From a virus (lineage: Duplodnaviria; Caudoviricetes), in the IMG/VR virus record IMGVR_UViG_3300033153_007479, positions 1 to 41,990 of that record: 41,990 bases of DNA. One strand, written 5' to 3'. The notes under the pieces were generated by a model. The model was not told where the DNA came from. It did not search any database and saw nothing but the letters and a program-made list of their open reading frames with translations. Below are positions 1 through 7,399 of this stretch, piece by piece. Within the stretch, counting starts at the first letter, position 1, and the number at the start of each line of letters is the position of its first letter. A program made the position numbers and the translations under genes.

Positions 1-111
1 CTTGGTAATATCTCAAGAAATAGCAGATCAGGAAGAATTATTGTTACCACCCAAAGCGGGAAAAATTTACACCGCACTCGCACCCAGGTTGTAAAAATGA
101 TGAAAGTATAA
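1..111 (+). CDS. 3' end of a cassette-borne hypothetical gene, truncated by the window edge
   Basis: Frame 1 is open (LGNISRNSRSGRIIVTTQSGKNLHRTRTQVVKMMKV*); its TAA (109-111) lies in GTATAAC, as in the neighbouring cassette genes. Confidence 0.55.
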   Translation, partial: LGNISRNSRSGRIIVTTQSGKNLHRTRTQVVKMMKV

Positions 112-114
112 CGA
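1..114. repeat. 114-bp inverted repeat, left copy (reverse complement of 41877-41990)
   Basis: Base-by-base comparison: 1-114 is the exact reverse complement of 41877-41990; identity stops after ...GTATAACGA. Confidence 0.97.
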
Positions 115-240
115 ATATAGTGCACCTGACACAATGGAGTTAATGATGAGTGATTTGCAGATAGGAAAAATTGAATTACCGGCACAGGTTGTGATTATTG
201 GAAAAGGCCATTGTGTTCAGCGTGACACGCCTGGTTATAC
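106..240 (-). other. attC-like recombination site (135 bp), top strand = minus
   Basis: Minus strand: GTATAAC-CAGGC-GTG(T)CAC(G)CTGA(A)CACAATGG ... CCATTGTGTCAGGTGCAC-TATATTC-GTTATAC; complementary R boxes and extra unpaired bases in the first arm. Confidence 0.8.
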
Positions 241-391
241 GACTATTAGTGGAGACCTAGAAAAATACTTTGATAAATATTTTGACGAAAGGCCACAACT
301 AAAGAGACCAAAAAAGACACCGCTCGGTTACAGTGTACCGATAGAATTGAAGCCTATTATCGAGTCATTGATAAATAAGCGGTGCGTATAA
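146..391 (+). CDS. Cassette hypothetical protein (82 aa); C-terminus weakly resembles small ribbon-helix-helix DNA binders
   Basis: GGAG at 136-139 precedes ATG 146 (ORF track opens at 134); starts inside attC 106-240; stop lies in GTATAAC 386-392. Confidence 0.6.
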   Translation: MSDLQIGKIELPAQVVIIGKGHCVQRDTPGYTTISGDLEKYFDKYFDERPQLKRPKKTPLGYSVPIELKPIIESLINKRCV

Positions 392-515
392 CTAAGAGCG
401 TTTTATCCATCGTCCCGCCCACAAAATACCGCTGACTTCCATTTATCCCGGAAGAGCTGCACTGCAATCAATGTTCGTTAACAAGAGCGGGATGGTGGAT
501 AAAATGTTGTTGGAC
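386..515. other. attC-like fold-back joined to the left end of the IS91/recombinase unit
   Basis: GTATAAC (386-392) ... CGTTTTATCCATCGTCCCGC / GCGGGATGGTGGATAAAATG ... GTTGGAC (509-515); G:T wobbles form on the + strand. Confidence 0.65.
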
Positions 516-798
516 TGAGCTGCGGGTCCACAGGAAAGCCTTTATTGACTCCTATGGGCTTTGTTTTTAACCTATTGAAACACTGTAATAAGTTTTTTGC
601 AAAAGGTTTCTTTGCCGCTCAGGAGAAAAGAAACAGGGGGATTTGACAGAAGGCGTTGATTAAAATTCATCAGTTTTCTATTGTTGTTGGGCTGCAACGT
701 AAAATCGTCACCACTTGAAGTGACTTTGGCCTGAAAAAAGGCGCACTACTCCTCTACATCTCCGCGATGTTGACAAAAAATATGGACTCCTGCCGCTG

Positions 799-1932
799 TC
801 AGCTGCTGTTCATTGGGGTCAGCATCCCCTGATGTGCCATTCTTCCCTGATTGCAATGGGGGCAGCGCAGGATATCCCGCCCGGTCAACCGCAGTACTTT
901 TTCTTCAAGCGTCTCGTTGATGAACTGTTGCACATCCATGGCCTTGCCGATCAACCGCCGAATCAGAAGCACGGCTTTTTTCTTGCAGACATTGGCAAGA
1001 AAACCGTAATACCTGATCTTCTGGAACCGTCCGGGCAGGACATGGATCAGAAACCTGCGGATAAACTCCAACGCATCCAGGGTCATTGTTTTTGTCGTGT
1101 TATTGTCGGCCCGGTCTTTGTAGGTAAAGAGCACTTTGCCGTTGTCAATGGACTTGATCCGGTGGTTGGATATCGCTATACGGTGGGTATAGCGGCCAAG
1201 GTAATTCAACACCTGTTCCGGCCCTGCGAACGGCTTTTTGGCGTAGACGACCCAGGTTTTTTTCCATGCATTTTTGAGCAATTTGCTTCCGTTCTCAGGT
1301 ACAACGAGGGTGTTAAGGCCAGCCTCAATCATGGTGAGGTACTGCTTCTTGAACTCTTTAGCCAGGGACTGCACCCGGAACAAAAACTTGTCATTGCTTT
1401 TGATCCATTTCCTGCCGTCAAAAGAAAGAACTCCGGCAGGGACCAGACAGTGGATATGAAAATGATCAATCAGCACCTGACTCCAGGTATGCAGAACTGC
1501 GAGTATCCCAGGCTTGCCTTCGAGTTTCCACTGCGGATCGGCGGAAAAGGCGAACAGAGTTTCTTTTACTGCGGCAAAAAGGCAGGTGAGCAGCTCTCGG
1601 CGATTGGCAAGAACAAACGGATTCAAATCATGGGGAATGGTGAAGACGATATGAAAATACCCGCAGGGCAGCAGTTCCGCCCGTCGCTTGTCCAGCCACT
1701 CTTCTTTGGTCATGGTCTGACATTTCGGGCAATGGCGGTTGCGGCAGGAGTTGTAGCAGTTCCTCATGGCGCCGCAATGGTCACAGATTTCACTGTGTCC
1801 GCCAAGACGGGCAGTTCGGCAGGCCGTGATTGCGGCCATGACCTTGCGCTGTTCCCCGCTCATGGCATGACTCTTTTTGTATTCATCTCCGTACATGCGG
1901 AAGACATCGGCTACCTCGAATTTGGGTTTCAT
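799..1932 (-). CDS. IS91-family rolling-circle (HUH/Y2) transposase with N-terminal Zn-binding domain
   Basis: CRTARLGGH..C..C..CYNSCRNRHCPKCQ; HIVFTIP; HUH motif HFHIH; Y2 motif YLGRY; RYYGFLAN. Confidence 0.96.
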   Translation of the reverse strand: MKPKFEVADVFRMYGDEYKKSHAMSGEQRKVMAAITACRTARLGGHSEICDHCGAMRNCYNSCRNRHCPKCQTMTKEEWLDKRRAELLPCGYFHIVFTIPHDLNPFVLANRRELLTCLFAAVKETLFAFSADPQWKLEGKPGILAVLHTWSQVLIDHFHIHCLVPAGVLSFDGRKWIKSNDKFLFRVQSLAKEFKKQYLTMIEAGLNTLVVPENGSKLLKNAWKKTWVVYAKKPFAGPEQVLNYLGRYTHRIAISNHRIKSIDNGKVLFTYKDRADNNTTKTMTLDALEFIRRFLIHVLPGRFQKIRYYGFLANVCKKKAVLLIRRLIGKAMDVQQFINETLEEKVLRLTGRDILRCPHCNQGRMAHQGMLTPMNSS

Positions 1933-2798
1933 GATTCGCCCTCGTTCTCATACAGCATATCAAGGGGACTTTTGACCTTTCTGAGATAACCGGGTCTGAG
2001 GTGGAGATACTTACAGGTCGTTTTGATGGAGGTGTGTCCCAGCCACCGTTTGATGATAAAGAGCTCAACTCCGGCTTCCATGGCATGGGTGGCGAAGCAA
2101 TGGCGTAGAGTGTGGATACCGCGCCCTCTGGTGACTCCGGCCAGTTCCTTGGCCTGGTAGTAAATACTCTGAGCCGTGCCGACGGACATGGGAACAGACT
2201 TGTCCTTGCCGAAAAACAACCACTCTTCCGGTTGTTCCGACCTGTAGTACACACGCAGGAGATCGAGGCATTGCTCTGACAAAACAGTGTAGCGGTCTTT
2301 CCTACCCTTGCCCTGTTCCACCCTGATCTGCATCCATTCTGATTCGATATGCTCGGGTCTGAGGCGAACCGCCTCGGAAACCCGCAGACCTGAACTATAG
2401 ATCGTAGTGAGTAGAGCCCGGTGTTTAATATTGGATTTCGCATTGAGGATCCGGCTGACTTCTTCCCAGCTCAAGACTATGGGCAGTTGCCTGGATCGTG
2501 GTCTTGGCGGAATGGTAAACTCTGCCTCACTACGGCCGAGATACTCTCGGTAATACTTTTTCATCCCGCAGAAAAGGACATTACAGCTTGACCAGGCCAG
2601 TTGTTTTTCCTGGATATTGTAGAGAAGAAAATGCTGGATTTGATTATTGGTCAGCTGCCTGGCAGGTTGGTCGTGGAAGGTCGATATTTCGTCCACCGAC
2701 CGCAGATATGCCTCCATGGTTTTTTTCGCGACTCGCTGGATTTTGAGAAAATCTTTGAAGTTGAACTGATAATCCTGAGGGGTTCCTGTCTCGATCAT
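1929..2798 (-). CDS. Tyrosine recombinase, IntI/XerD-like, without the integron I2 insertion
   Basis: YSSGLRVSE, GKGRKDR, HTLRHCFATH, LGH and TTCKY motifs; SAM-like N-terminus; GGAGG upstream of ATG 2798 (ORF track opens at 2828); 4-bp overlap with the transposase. Confidence 0.95.
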   Translation of the reverse strand: MIETGTPQDYQFNFKDFLKIQRVAKKTMEAYLRSVDEISTFHDQPARQLTNNQIQHFLLYNIQEKQLAWSSCNVLFCGMKKYYREYLGRSEAEFTIPPRPRSRQLPIVLSWEEVSRILNAKSNIKHRALLTTIYSSGLRVSEAVRLRPEHIESEWMQIRVEQGKGRKDRYTVLSEQCLDLLRVYYRSEQPEEWLFFGKDKSVPMSVGTAQSIYYQAKELAGVTRGRGIHTLRHCFATHAMEAGVELFIIKRWLGHTSIKTTCKYLHLRPGYLRKVKSPLDMLYENEGES

Positions 2799-2942
2799 GG
2801 CAATACCTCCTGATATTTTTTTGAGCAACCAAAATGGCGGCTCTTTAAGAGGTATTGTACTACAGGAAAGGATATTGCCGGGGAGGAAAAGTTTTCTATT
2901 ACATAAAAGCGTGGCAGGCGGGTTTTCCGCGATAGCGGTTCA

Positions 2943-2992
2943 GTTCAACAGATCAATAGGTGTAAAATTTTCCACTTATTGATCTGTTGGTT
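2943..2992. other. 50-bp fold-back site at the right end of the IS unit
   Basis: GTTCAACAGATCAATAGGTG-TAAAATTTTC-CACTTATTGATCTGTTGGTT: 17-bp stem with one G:T, 10-nt loop, AAC/GTT cores. Confidence 0.75.
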
Positions 2993-3199
2993 TTACTTCA
3001 AGTTAGGCGGGAACTTGCAATCTTTCAGCCGACCAGTCCACGCACTCGGAATCGGGATACCTCCAGCATCCAGGCACGCTTGTCGTGTCGCTCTTTCTTC
3101 CGCCACCCAGGGCTCTTCTGTATCGTCATAAAAAAAAACCAACAAGCAAATCAAGCCGACCCCTGCCAGTACAGTTAAAATCCAATATTTTTTATTCAA
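2993..3199 (-). CDS. Cassette-borne small membrane-anchored or exported protein (68 aa)
   Basis: AAGGAG RBS and TTG start inside attC 3137-3258; hydrophobic N-terminus; Cys pair. Confidence 0.7.
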   Translation of the reverse strand: MNKKYWILTVLAGVGLICLLVFFYDDTEEPWVAEERATRQACLDAGGIPIPSAWTGRLKDCKFPPNLK

Positions 3200-3258
3200 A
3201 TTTTACTCCTTGGTAGTGCCGTCACCGTGCACGGGGCGGCTTATAAAGGACGTTATAC
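3137..3258 (+). other. attC site (122 bp), top strand = plus
   Basis: AACCAAC-AAGCA-AATCAAGCCGAC-CCCTGC ... GCACGGGGCG-GCTTATA-AAGGAC-GTTATAC; canonical spacing, extra C and A in the first arm; R'' AACCAAC is complementary to the cassette start GTTGGTT at 2986. Confidence 0.9.
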
Positions 3259-3522
3259 GTCTTCTAAAAAATCTTTTATTTCCCTGTCAATATCTTTGTG
3301 GAAGCCACCGATCTTATCCTTCATGACCTTTACCGCATTGGCGTTTATGTCCCAGTCACCAGACATTAAATCAATAAATTGTTCCTGTACCGCGCTGCCC
3401 ATTACTGCATACAAGTTGGCAAACTCAATCAGATCATCAATATCAACGGTGCCAAGCGTATAACCAGGCGTTTCAGCCGACCCTTTGCTGGCACCGGTCT
3501 TTTGTTCTTTTTCGTCGCTCAT
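3253..3522 (-). CDS. Cassette-borne acidic hypothetical protein (89 aa)
   Basis: AGGAG RBS and ATG inside attC 3458-3577; stop codon within GTTATAC 3252-3258. Confidence 0.8.
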   Translation of the reverse strand: MSDEKEQKTGASKGSAETPGYTLGTVDIDDLIEFANLYAVMGSAVQEQFIDLMSGDWDINANAVKVMKDKIGGFHKDIDREIKDFLEDV

Positions 3523-3577
3523 AGTGTTCTCCTGTTTTTGTGTTCAGCCACGGGGCGGCTGAACTATTTCGTCAGTT
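3458..3577 (+). other. attC site (120 bp) with degenerate R' box
   Basis: GTATAAC-CAGGC-GTTTCAGCCGAC-CC ... GGGGCG-GCTGAAC-TATTTC-GTCAGTT; R'' is complementary to the cassette start GTTATAC at 3252; R' reads GTC instead of GTT. Confidence 0.8.
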
Positions 3578-3609
3578 GTATAAAAAAGCTATACCGGTAA
3601 GATAATCTT

Positions 3610-3978
3610 TCACCTTGTGTTCCACCATGTCTCAAACTCATAAATGTTTTTAAAAGATTTGTTGTTACTTTTGCCATACCTCGCGGCCATTCCGTCAGGA
3701 TAATAGTCCCAGCCACCAGAACCAGCGTAAAGCAAGCCGACCGATGAGCCGTCAACTTGCACCTGTGCGGTAGCATTGCCAAGAGGTATAAAAGAAATTT
3801 CTTCCCGATCTGTATCCGGGTAGAGCAGATTTAGCGCCTGCTCTACATTGGGGCTAATTTTTCTTGATCCTGCCTCAATGCACGAGACGTGGCAGCCAGA
3901 AATTTTTAACAGCTCACCAAAATGAATTTGAGTGTGCCCTGATTCTTTTCTAAGCTCTTTGAATTCTTGTCTGGTCAT
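3610..3978 (-). CDS. XRE-family HTH regulator with C-terminal extension
   Basis: FKELRKESGHTQIHFGELLKISGCHVSCIEAGSRKIS fits the Cro/C1 HTH pattern. Confidence 0.8.
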   Translation of the reverse strand: MTRQEFKELRKESGHTQIHFGELLKISGCHVSCIEAGSRKISPNVEQALNLLYPDTDREEISFIPLGNATAQVQVDGSSVGLLYAGSGGWDYYPDGMAARYGKSNNKSFKNIYEFETWWNTR

Positions 3979-4192
3979 TTTTTTCTACCTCAATTGTTTT
4001 TAAATCTGATTCTGACCAGATACCATGGTCAGAGTCTATATCGTCAACGTCGTTGCATTCGTCACAAAAATAGACGCTGCCAGTTACCGGTTTCCACTCC
4101 TCTCTCAGGTCTGACCCGCATTCTGGGCAAGTAGGCCCTATTGGATCGTCTGGCGGTTCGCAGTCACCGTACCCTGCTTTTATGTAGGTCAT
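3950..4192 (-). CDS. Zinc-ribbon hypothetical protein
   Basis: CPEC...CDEC; overlaps both neighbours. Confidence 0.65.
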   Translation of the reverse strand: MTYIKAGYGDCEPPDDPIGPTCPECGSDLREEWKPVTGSVYFCDECNDVDDIDSDHGIWSESDLKTIEVEKNDQTRIQRA

Positions 4193-4512
4193 TTTTCTAA
4201 TCCAACAACATTCATTTCATTGATTTCGGTGGCCAGTGATTCAGCCTCGTTTTTTGATGACAAAAATACGCCAACTTGGTCAGTGTATTGCCCTGATACC
4301 CTGGTAGACACCTGATAGGGGTAACCAGACTCGCAATATTTCTGAATACCATGAGCACAGGCGGTAATGGTTTTTCCAACAACTGGCTTGCGGTGATTCT
4401 GCCAGCCAGCTCTTTCGGAAAAATAGTCTTCCAGCGTTTCGAGTTCTTCCCTGGTTTCGTCTATTAACCGTTTAGCGGTGATTGTTCCAATAGAGGCGGT
4501 GTAAGTTTTCAT
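4189..4512 (-). CDS. Phage early hypothetical protein
   Basis: 107-aa ORF with GGAG RBS in the leftward operon. Confidence 0.7.
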   Translation of the reverse strand: MKTYTASIGTITAKRLIDETREELETLEDYFSERAGWQNHRKPVVGKTITACAHGIQKYCESGYPYQVSTRVSGQYTDQVGVFLSSKNEAESLATEINEMNVVGLEK

Positions 4513-4603
4513 TTAGTTTTCTCCAAGTAAAATTAAAAAAACAACTTTCAAGCTCAGCACAGCGGCTGAATACCTCAGCCGCTGTAGTCAGTCGGGTAAT
4601 TAT

Positions 4604-4915
4604 TTACAATTCATACTTTTTAAGAATATCGTTAAACTGCTTTTTGCCGTCATCATAGCCGCCTTCTGACAAGATCTCGGCTATTTCCGCCTCATCTTCT
4701 GCAAAACGGTAGATGTTCATTCCTGAGTTGTTCCATTCATTGACAATTAGTTTTCCACTTGCGGTTGACATGAGTATACAGCCATATTTATAAGGATCTC
4801 CTTTTGCGAAAGAACCAATGTTTGTTGCTGCATCGAGGTCAAACCAGCCCTCAAATTCCTGTTCGCCATATTCGATTTCTGTATAAATGCTAATTCTTGT
4901 CATGATATTCTCCAA
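4604..4915 (-). CDS. Phage early hypothetical protein; probable start at the second Met (MTRISI)
   Basis: ORF with GGAGAA RBS just before the second ATG. Confidence 0.7.
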   Translation of the reverse strand: MENIMTRISIYTEIEYGEQEFEGWFDLDAATNIGSFAKGDPYKYGCILMSTASGKLIVNEWNNSGMNIYRFAEDEAEIAEILSEGGYDDGKKQFNDILKKYEL

Positions 4916-4958
4916 GTAGATTTTGATTCACCCGGCCGGAGCCGGGTGGTTGGATGGG

Positions 4959-5174
4959 TTAGACTCTTGGCGACCGTAACAAATCGCTGTTTATTTCTCG
5001 CAACCCTCCGTTAAAGAGGTTAGCGTTGCTCCAATGCTTACACAGCGTCACTGTGCATTGTGAGCACCTTAACCCTTTCCCAAGGCCCGTCCAGCGTCCA
5101 CGGATTGCGTCATTGTCGCTGCCGTCTTGGCAGCCGATGATTGTGTCTTGTGCTAAATTATAAATCTTTTTCAT
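4959..5174 (-). CDS. Small Cys-containing early hypothetical protein
   Basis: First ORF of the leftward operon; GGAG RBS; CSQC...C. Confidence 0.55.
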   Translation of the reverse strand: MKKIYNLAQDTIIGCQDGSDNDAIRGRWTGLGKGLRCSQCTVTLCKHWSNANLFNGGLREINSDLLRSPRV

Positions 5175-5414
5175 TTTGTTTCTCCGGTAAAAGTTATTTC
5201 AATTTCTGGTTTCTGTTTTAAACTCTCTTAACTATGTTATATGGAAATTTATTACCTTTGTAAAGGGAAAACTTACCTTTGTTAAGTTTTAATTCCTGCA
5301 GTCATGAAAAACCAAATATCTTACATAATCGTAAAGTTAAGTTTGACAATCATGTAAGATTGTTGTATTTGATAATTATGCTAAGTTACAATTATGTAAG
5401 ATTTAATAAAAGAA
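5175..5414. promoter_or_regulatory. Divergent AT-rich control region with repeated TTAC...GTAA boxes
   Basis: TTACCTTTGT occurs twice; CTTACATAAT and ATTATGTAAG form an inverted pair; TTGACA at 5343. Confidence 0.6.
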
Positions 5415-5867
5415 ATGTGTGAACAGTTAACCATAAAACAACAGATTTTTGTCGATACTTACCAGGGAAACGCCACAGGAGCAGCCAGAGAAGCGGGATA
5501 TAAATCTCCAGAAGTGGAAGGACATAGGCTGCTAAGGAATGCTAAAATTGCTAAGGCACTTGCTAAAAGGACGGAAACTCCACAAGAAGCGGACAGGAAG
5601 AGGCATATTCTAACTAGGGAAGAACGTCAACAATTTTGGTCTGATGTTACCACTGGAAATATTGTTGAATCCTATGTTGACCATGATGGAAACGACGCAT
5701 CGAGACCAGCAGCCCTCCGGGAGCGAATCAAGGCAAGCGAGCTGTTAGGTAAATCCCAGGCTGACTTTATCGAGCGTAAAGTGGTGACGGCAGAGGTTGG
5801 AGTCACCGGAACGGTTAATCTACCAGAAATTCAAGAATTGATTCTTAAATATGTCAGCACGGACTGA
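5415..5867 (+). CDS. terS: Terminase small subunit
   Basis: LTIKQQIFVDTYQGNATGAAREAGY..HRLLRN and RIKASELLGK patterns; directly upstream of terL. Confidence 0.9.
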   Translation: MCEQLTIKQQIFVDTYQGNATGAAREAGYKSPEVEGHRLLRNAKIAKALAKRTETPQEADRKRHILTREERQQFWSDVTTGNIVESYVDHDGNDASRPAALRERIKASELLGKSQADFIERKVVTAEVGVTGTVNLPEIQELILKYVSTD

Positions 5868-7395
5868 TAGACACCAAGATTATTCACGCATCCTCAAAAT
5901 TGCCGGAGATCATGGCGATGATGGGATTGTTTCAGCTATGCGGCAGCTTTGCCAGCATGATCTTTTTTTTCTCCTAGTAAATGGTTGTGGTCGTGCTGAT
6001 ATTGATCGTGATTGGTTGTTTGATCGTTGCGTAGAGATACAACAGGAGCCCAACGGATATCTTGATCTGTGGGCGAGGGAGTCATACAAATCAACGATTA
6101 TCACCTACGGCAAAACCATTCAGGACCTTTTGAACGATCCTGAGATAACAGTAGGTATTTTTAGCCATACGAAACCAATTGCCAGGGCGTTTCTTCGACA
6201 AATAAAAGCAGAGCTTGAGACTAATATTCGACTGCAACGATTATTCCCAGAGATTCTTTTTGAATCGCCACGCAAGGAAGCCGCGAACTGGAGCGAGGAT
6301 AAAGGGATTACGGTAAAACGTAAAACTAACCCGAAAGAAGCAACTGTTGAAGCTCACGGGCTGGTAGATGGGCAGCCTACATCAAAACATTTCAGTTTAC
6401 TTGTTTACGACGATGTTGTAACCAGGGAGAGCGTTACCACCCCGGAGATGATAGGCAAAGTGACGGATGCATGGGCATTATCGCTTAACCTTGGCGCAGA
6501 TGGTGGTAACGTTCGCACGATTGGCACCAGGTACCATCATTTTGATACATATCAAATCATGATGGATCGTGGGTCATGTATTCCAAGGATTTACCCGGCT
6601 ACTCATAACGGGCAGCCAGATGGTGAGCCGGTTTTTTTGACCAGAGAAAAGCTGGAGAAAAAGCGAAGAGATCAAGGGCCATATGTATTTGCTGCTCAGA
6701 TGCTCCAAAATCCAACTGCAGGAGATGAGCAAGGCTTTGATGAGGATTGGATAAAATACTATACAATTGAACCGTTGCGGGAAGGCATGAACGTTTTTGT
6801 CATATGTGATCCTGCCAACGCTAAAAAGACAACTTCTGATTACACCGTATTTTTCGTTGTCGGGCTGGCACCAGACGGCAATTACTATATCCTGGATCTT
6901 ATAAGGGACAGGATAAATCTGACAGAACGCACCAAGGTTTTGTTTGGTCTGCATCGGAGATGGAAGCCAAATGATGTAATATACGAGCGCTACGGGATGC
7001 AAAGTGACATACAGCACATTGAGTATGTCCAGGAAGTCGAGCAGTACCGATTCAATCTTACAGAGGTTGGTGGCGCAACACCGAAGATTGATAGGATTAA
7101 ACGAATGATTCCAATTTTTGAGCAGAAGAAAGTATATTTTCCGCGCTCAATTATCCATCGGGACTACGAGGGGAAGGAACAGGATGTTGTTCAGGCGTTC
7201 ATAAGTTCAGAGTATATCCCATTTCCGGTAATGGCACATGATGACATGCTGGACTGCTTGGCACGGGTTGTTGATCCAAAATTGGATATTAATTTCCCGA
7301 TAGTTGAGTTACCGGAGCGACAACCCACACAAGCTGAAAAAGATTGGCAACACATAACTGGAGCAGTCAATAACAACGTAGCTGTACACATATAA
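5851..7395 (+). CDS. terL: Terminase large subunit
   Basis: Walker A-like ARESYKST, Walker B LLVYDD, coupling motif GTR, nuclease DPA/DYT/HDDMLD. Confidence 0.95.
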   Translation: MSARTDRHQDYSRILKIAGDHGDDGIVSAMRQLCQHDLFFLLVNGCGRADIDRDWLFDRCVEIQQEPNGYLDLWARESYKSTIITYGKTIQDLLNDPEITVGIFSHTKPIARAFLRQIKAELETNIRLQRLFPEILFESPRKEAANWSEDKGITVKRKTNPKEATVEAHGLVDGQPTSKHFSLLVYDDVVTRESVTTPEMIGKVTDAWALSLNLGADGGNVRTIGTRYHHFDTYQIMMDRGSCIPRIYPATHNGQPDGEPVFLTREKLEKKRRDQGPYVFAAQMLQNPTAGDEQGFDEDWIKYYTIEPLREGMNVFVICDPANAKKTTSDYTVFFVVGLAPDGNYYILDLIRDRINLTERTKVLFGLHRRWKPNDVIYERYGMQSDIQHIEYVQEVEQYRFNLTEVGGATPKIDRIKRMIPIFEQKKVYFPRSIIHRDYEGKEQDVVQAFISSEYIPFPVMAHDDMLDCLARVVDPKLDINFPIVELPERQPTQAEKDWQHITGAVNNNVAVHI

Positions 7396-7399
7396 AACA

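Larger units (their letters stand above)
509..2949 (-). mobile_element. IS91-family element carrying an integron-like tyrosine recombinase
   Basis: Coupled recombinase and Y2 transposase genes; related inward-facing ends GTTGGACTGAGCTGC (509-523) and GTTGAACTGAACCGC (reverse complement of 2935-2949); CCGC-GATA-GCGG hairpin at 2927-2938. Confidence 0.8.

Noticed and set aside
1-114. Genuine terminal inverted repeats of a linear protein-primed or hairpin-telomere genome
   Set aside because: No protein-primed polymerase or protelomerase is present, the repeat cuts through an ORF, and it starts at an attC crossover; kept only as an alternative to test
832-1989. 385-aa plus-strand ORF
   Set aside because: Antisense shadow of the IS91 transposase; no motifs or RBS of its own
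1883-2443. 186-aa minus-strand ORF inside the recombinase
   Set aside because: Alternative frame of a gene with complete catalytic motifs
3130-3138. A9 tract as a phase-variation switch
   Set aside because: Simply encodes Val-Phe-Phe of a TM segment; no frameshift evident
106-3577. CRISPR array or simple terminators as the explanation for the repeated hairpins
   Set aside because: Repeats are not identical or regularly spaced, lack U-tracts, and match R/L box geometry
3564-3782. 72-aa ORF overlapping the XRE gene
   Set aside because: Mostly nested in 3610-3978 in another frame; no evident RBS
4559-4948. Additional attC sites in the early operon
   Set aside because: These hairpins lack AAC/GTT cores and L-box spacing
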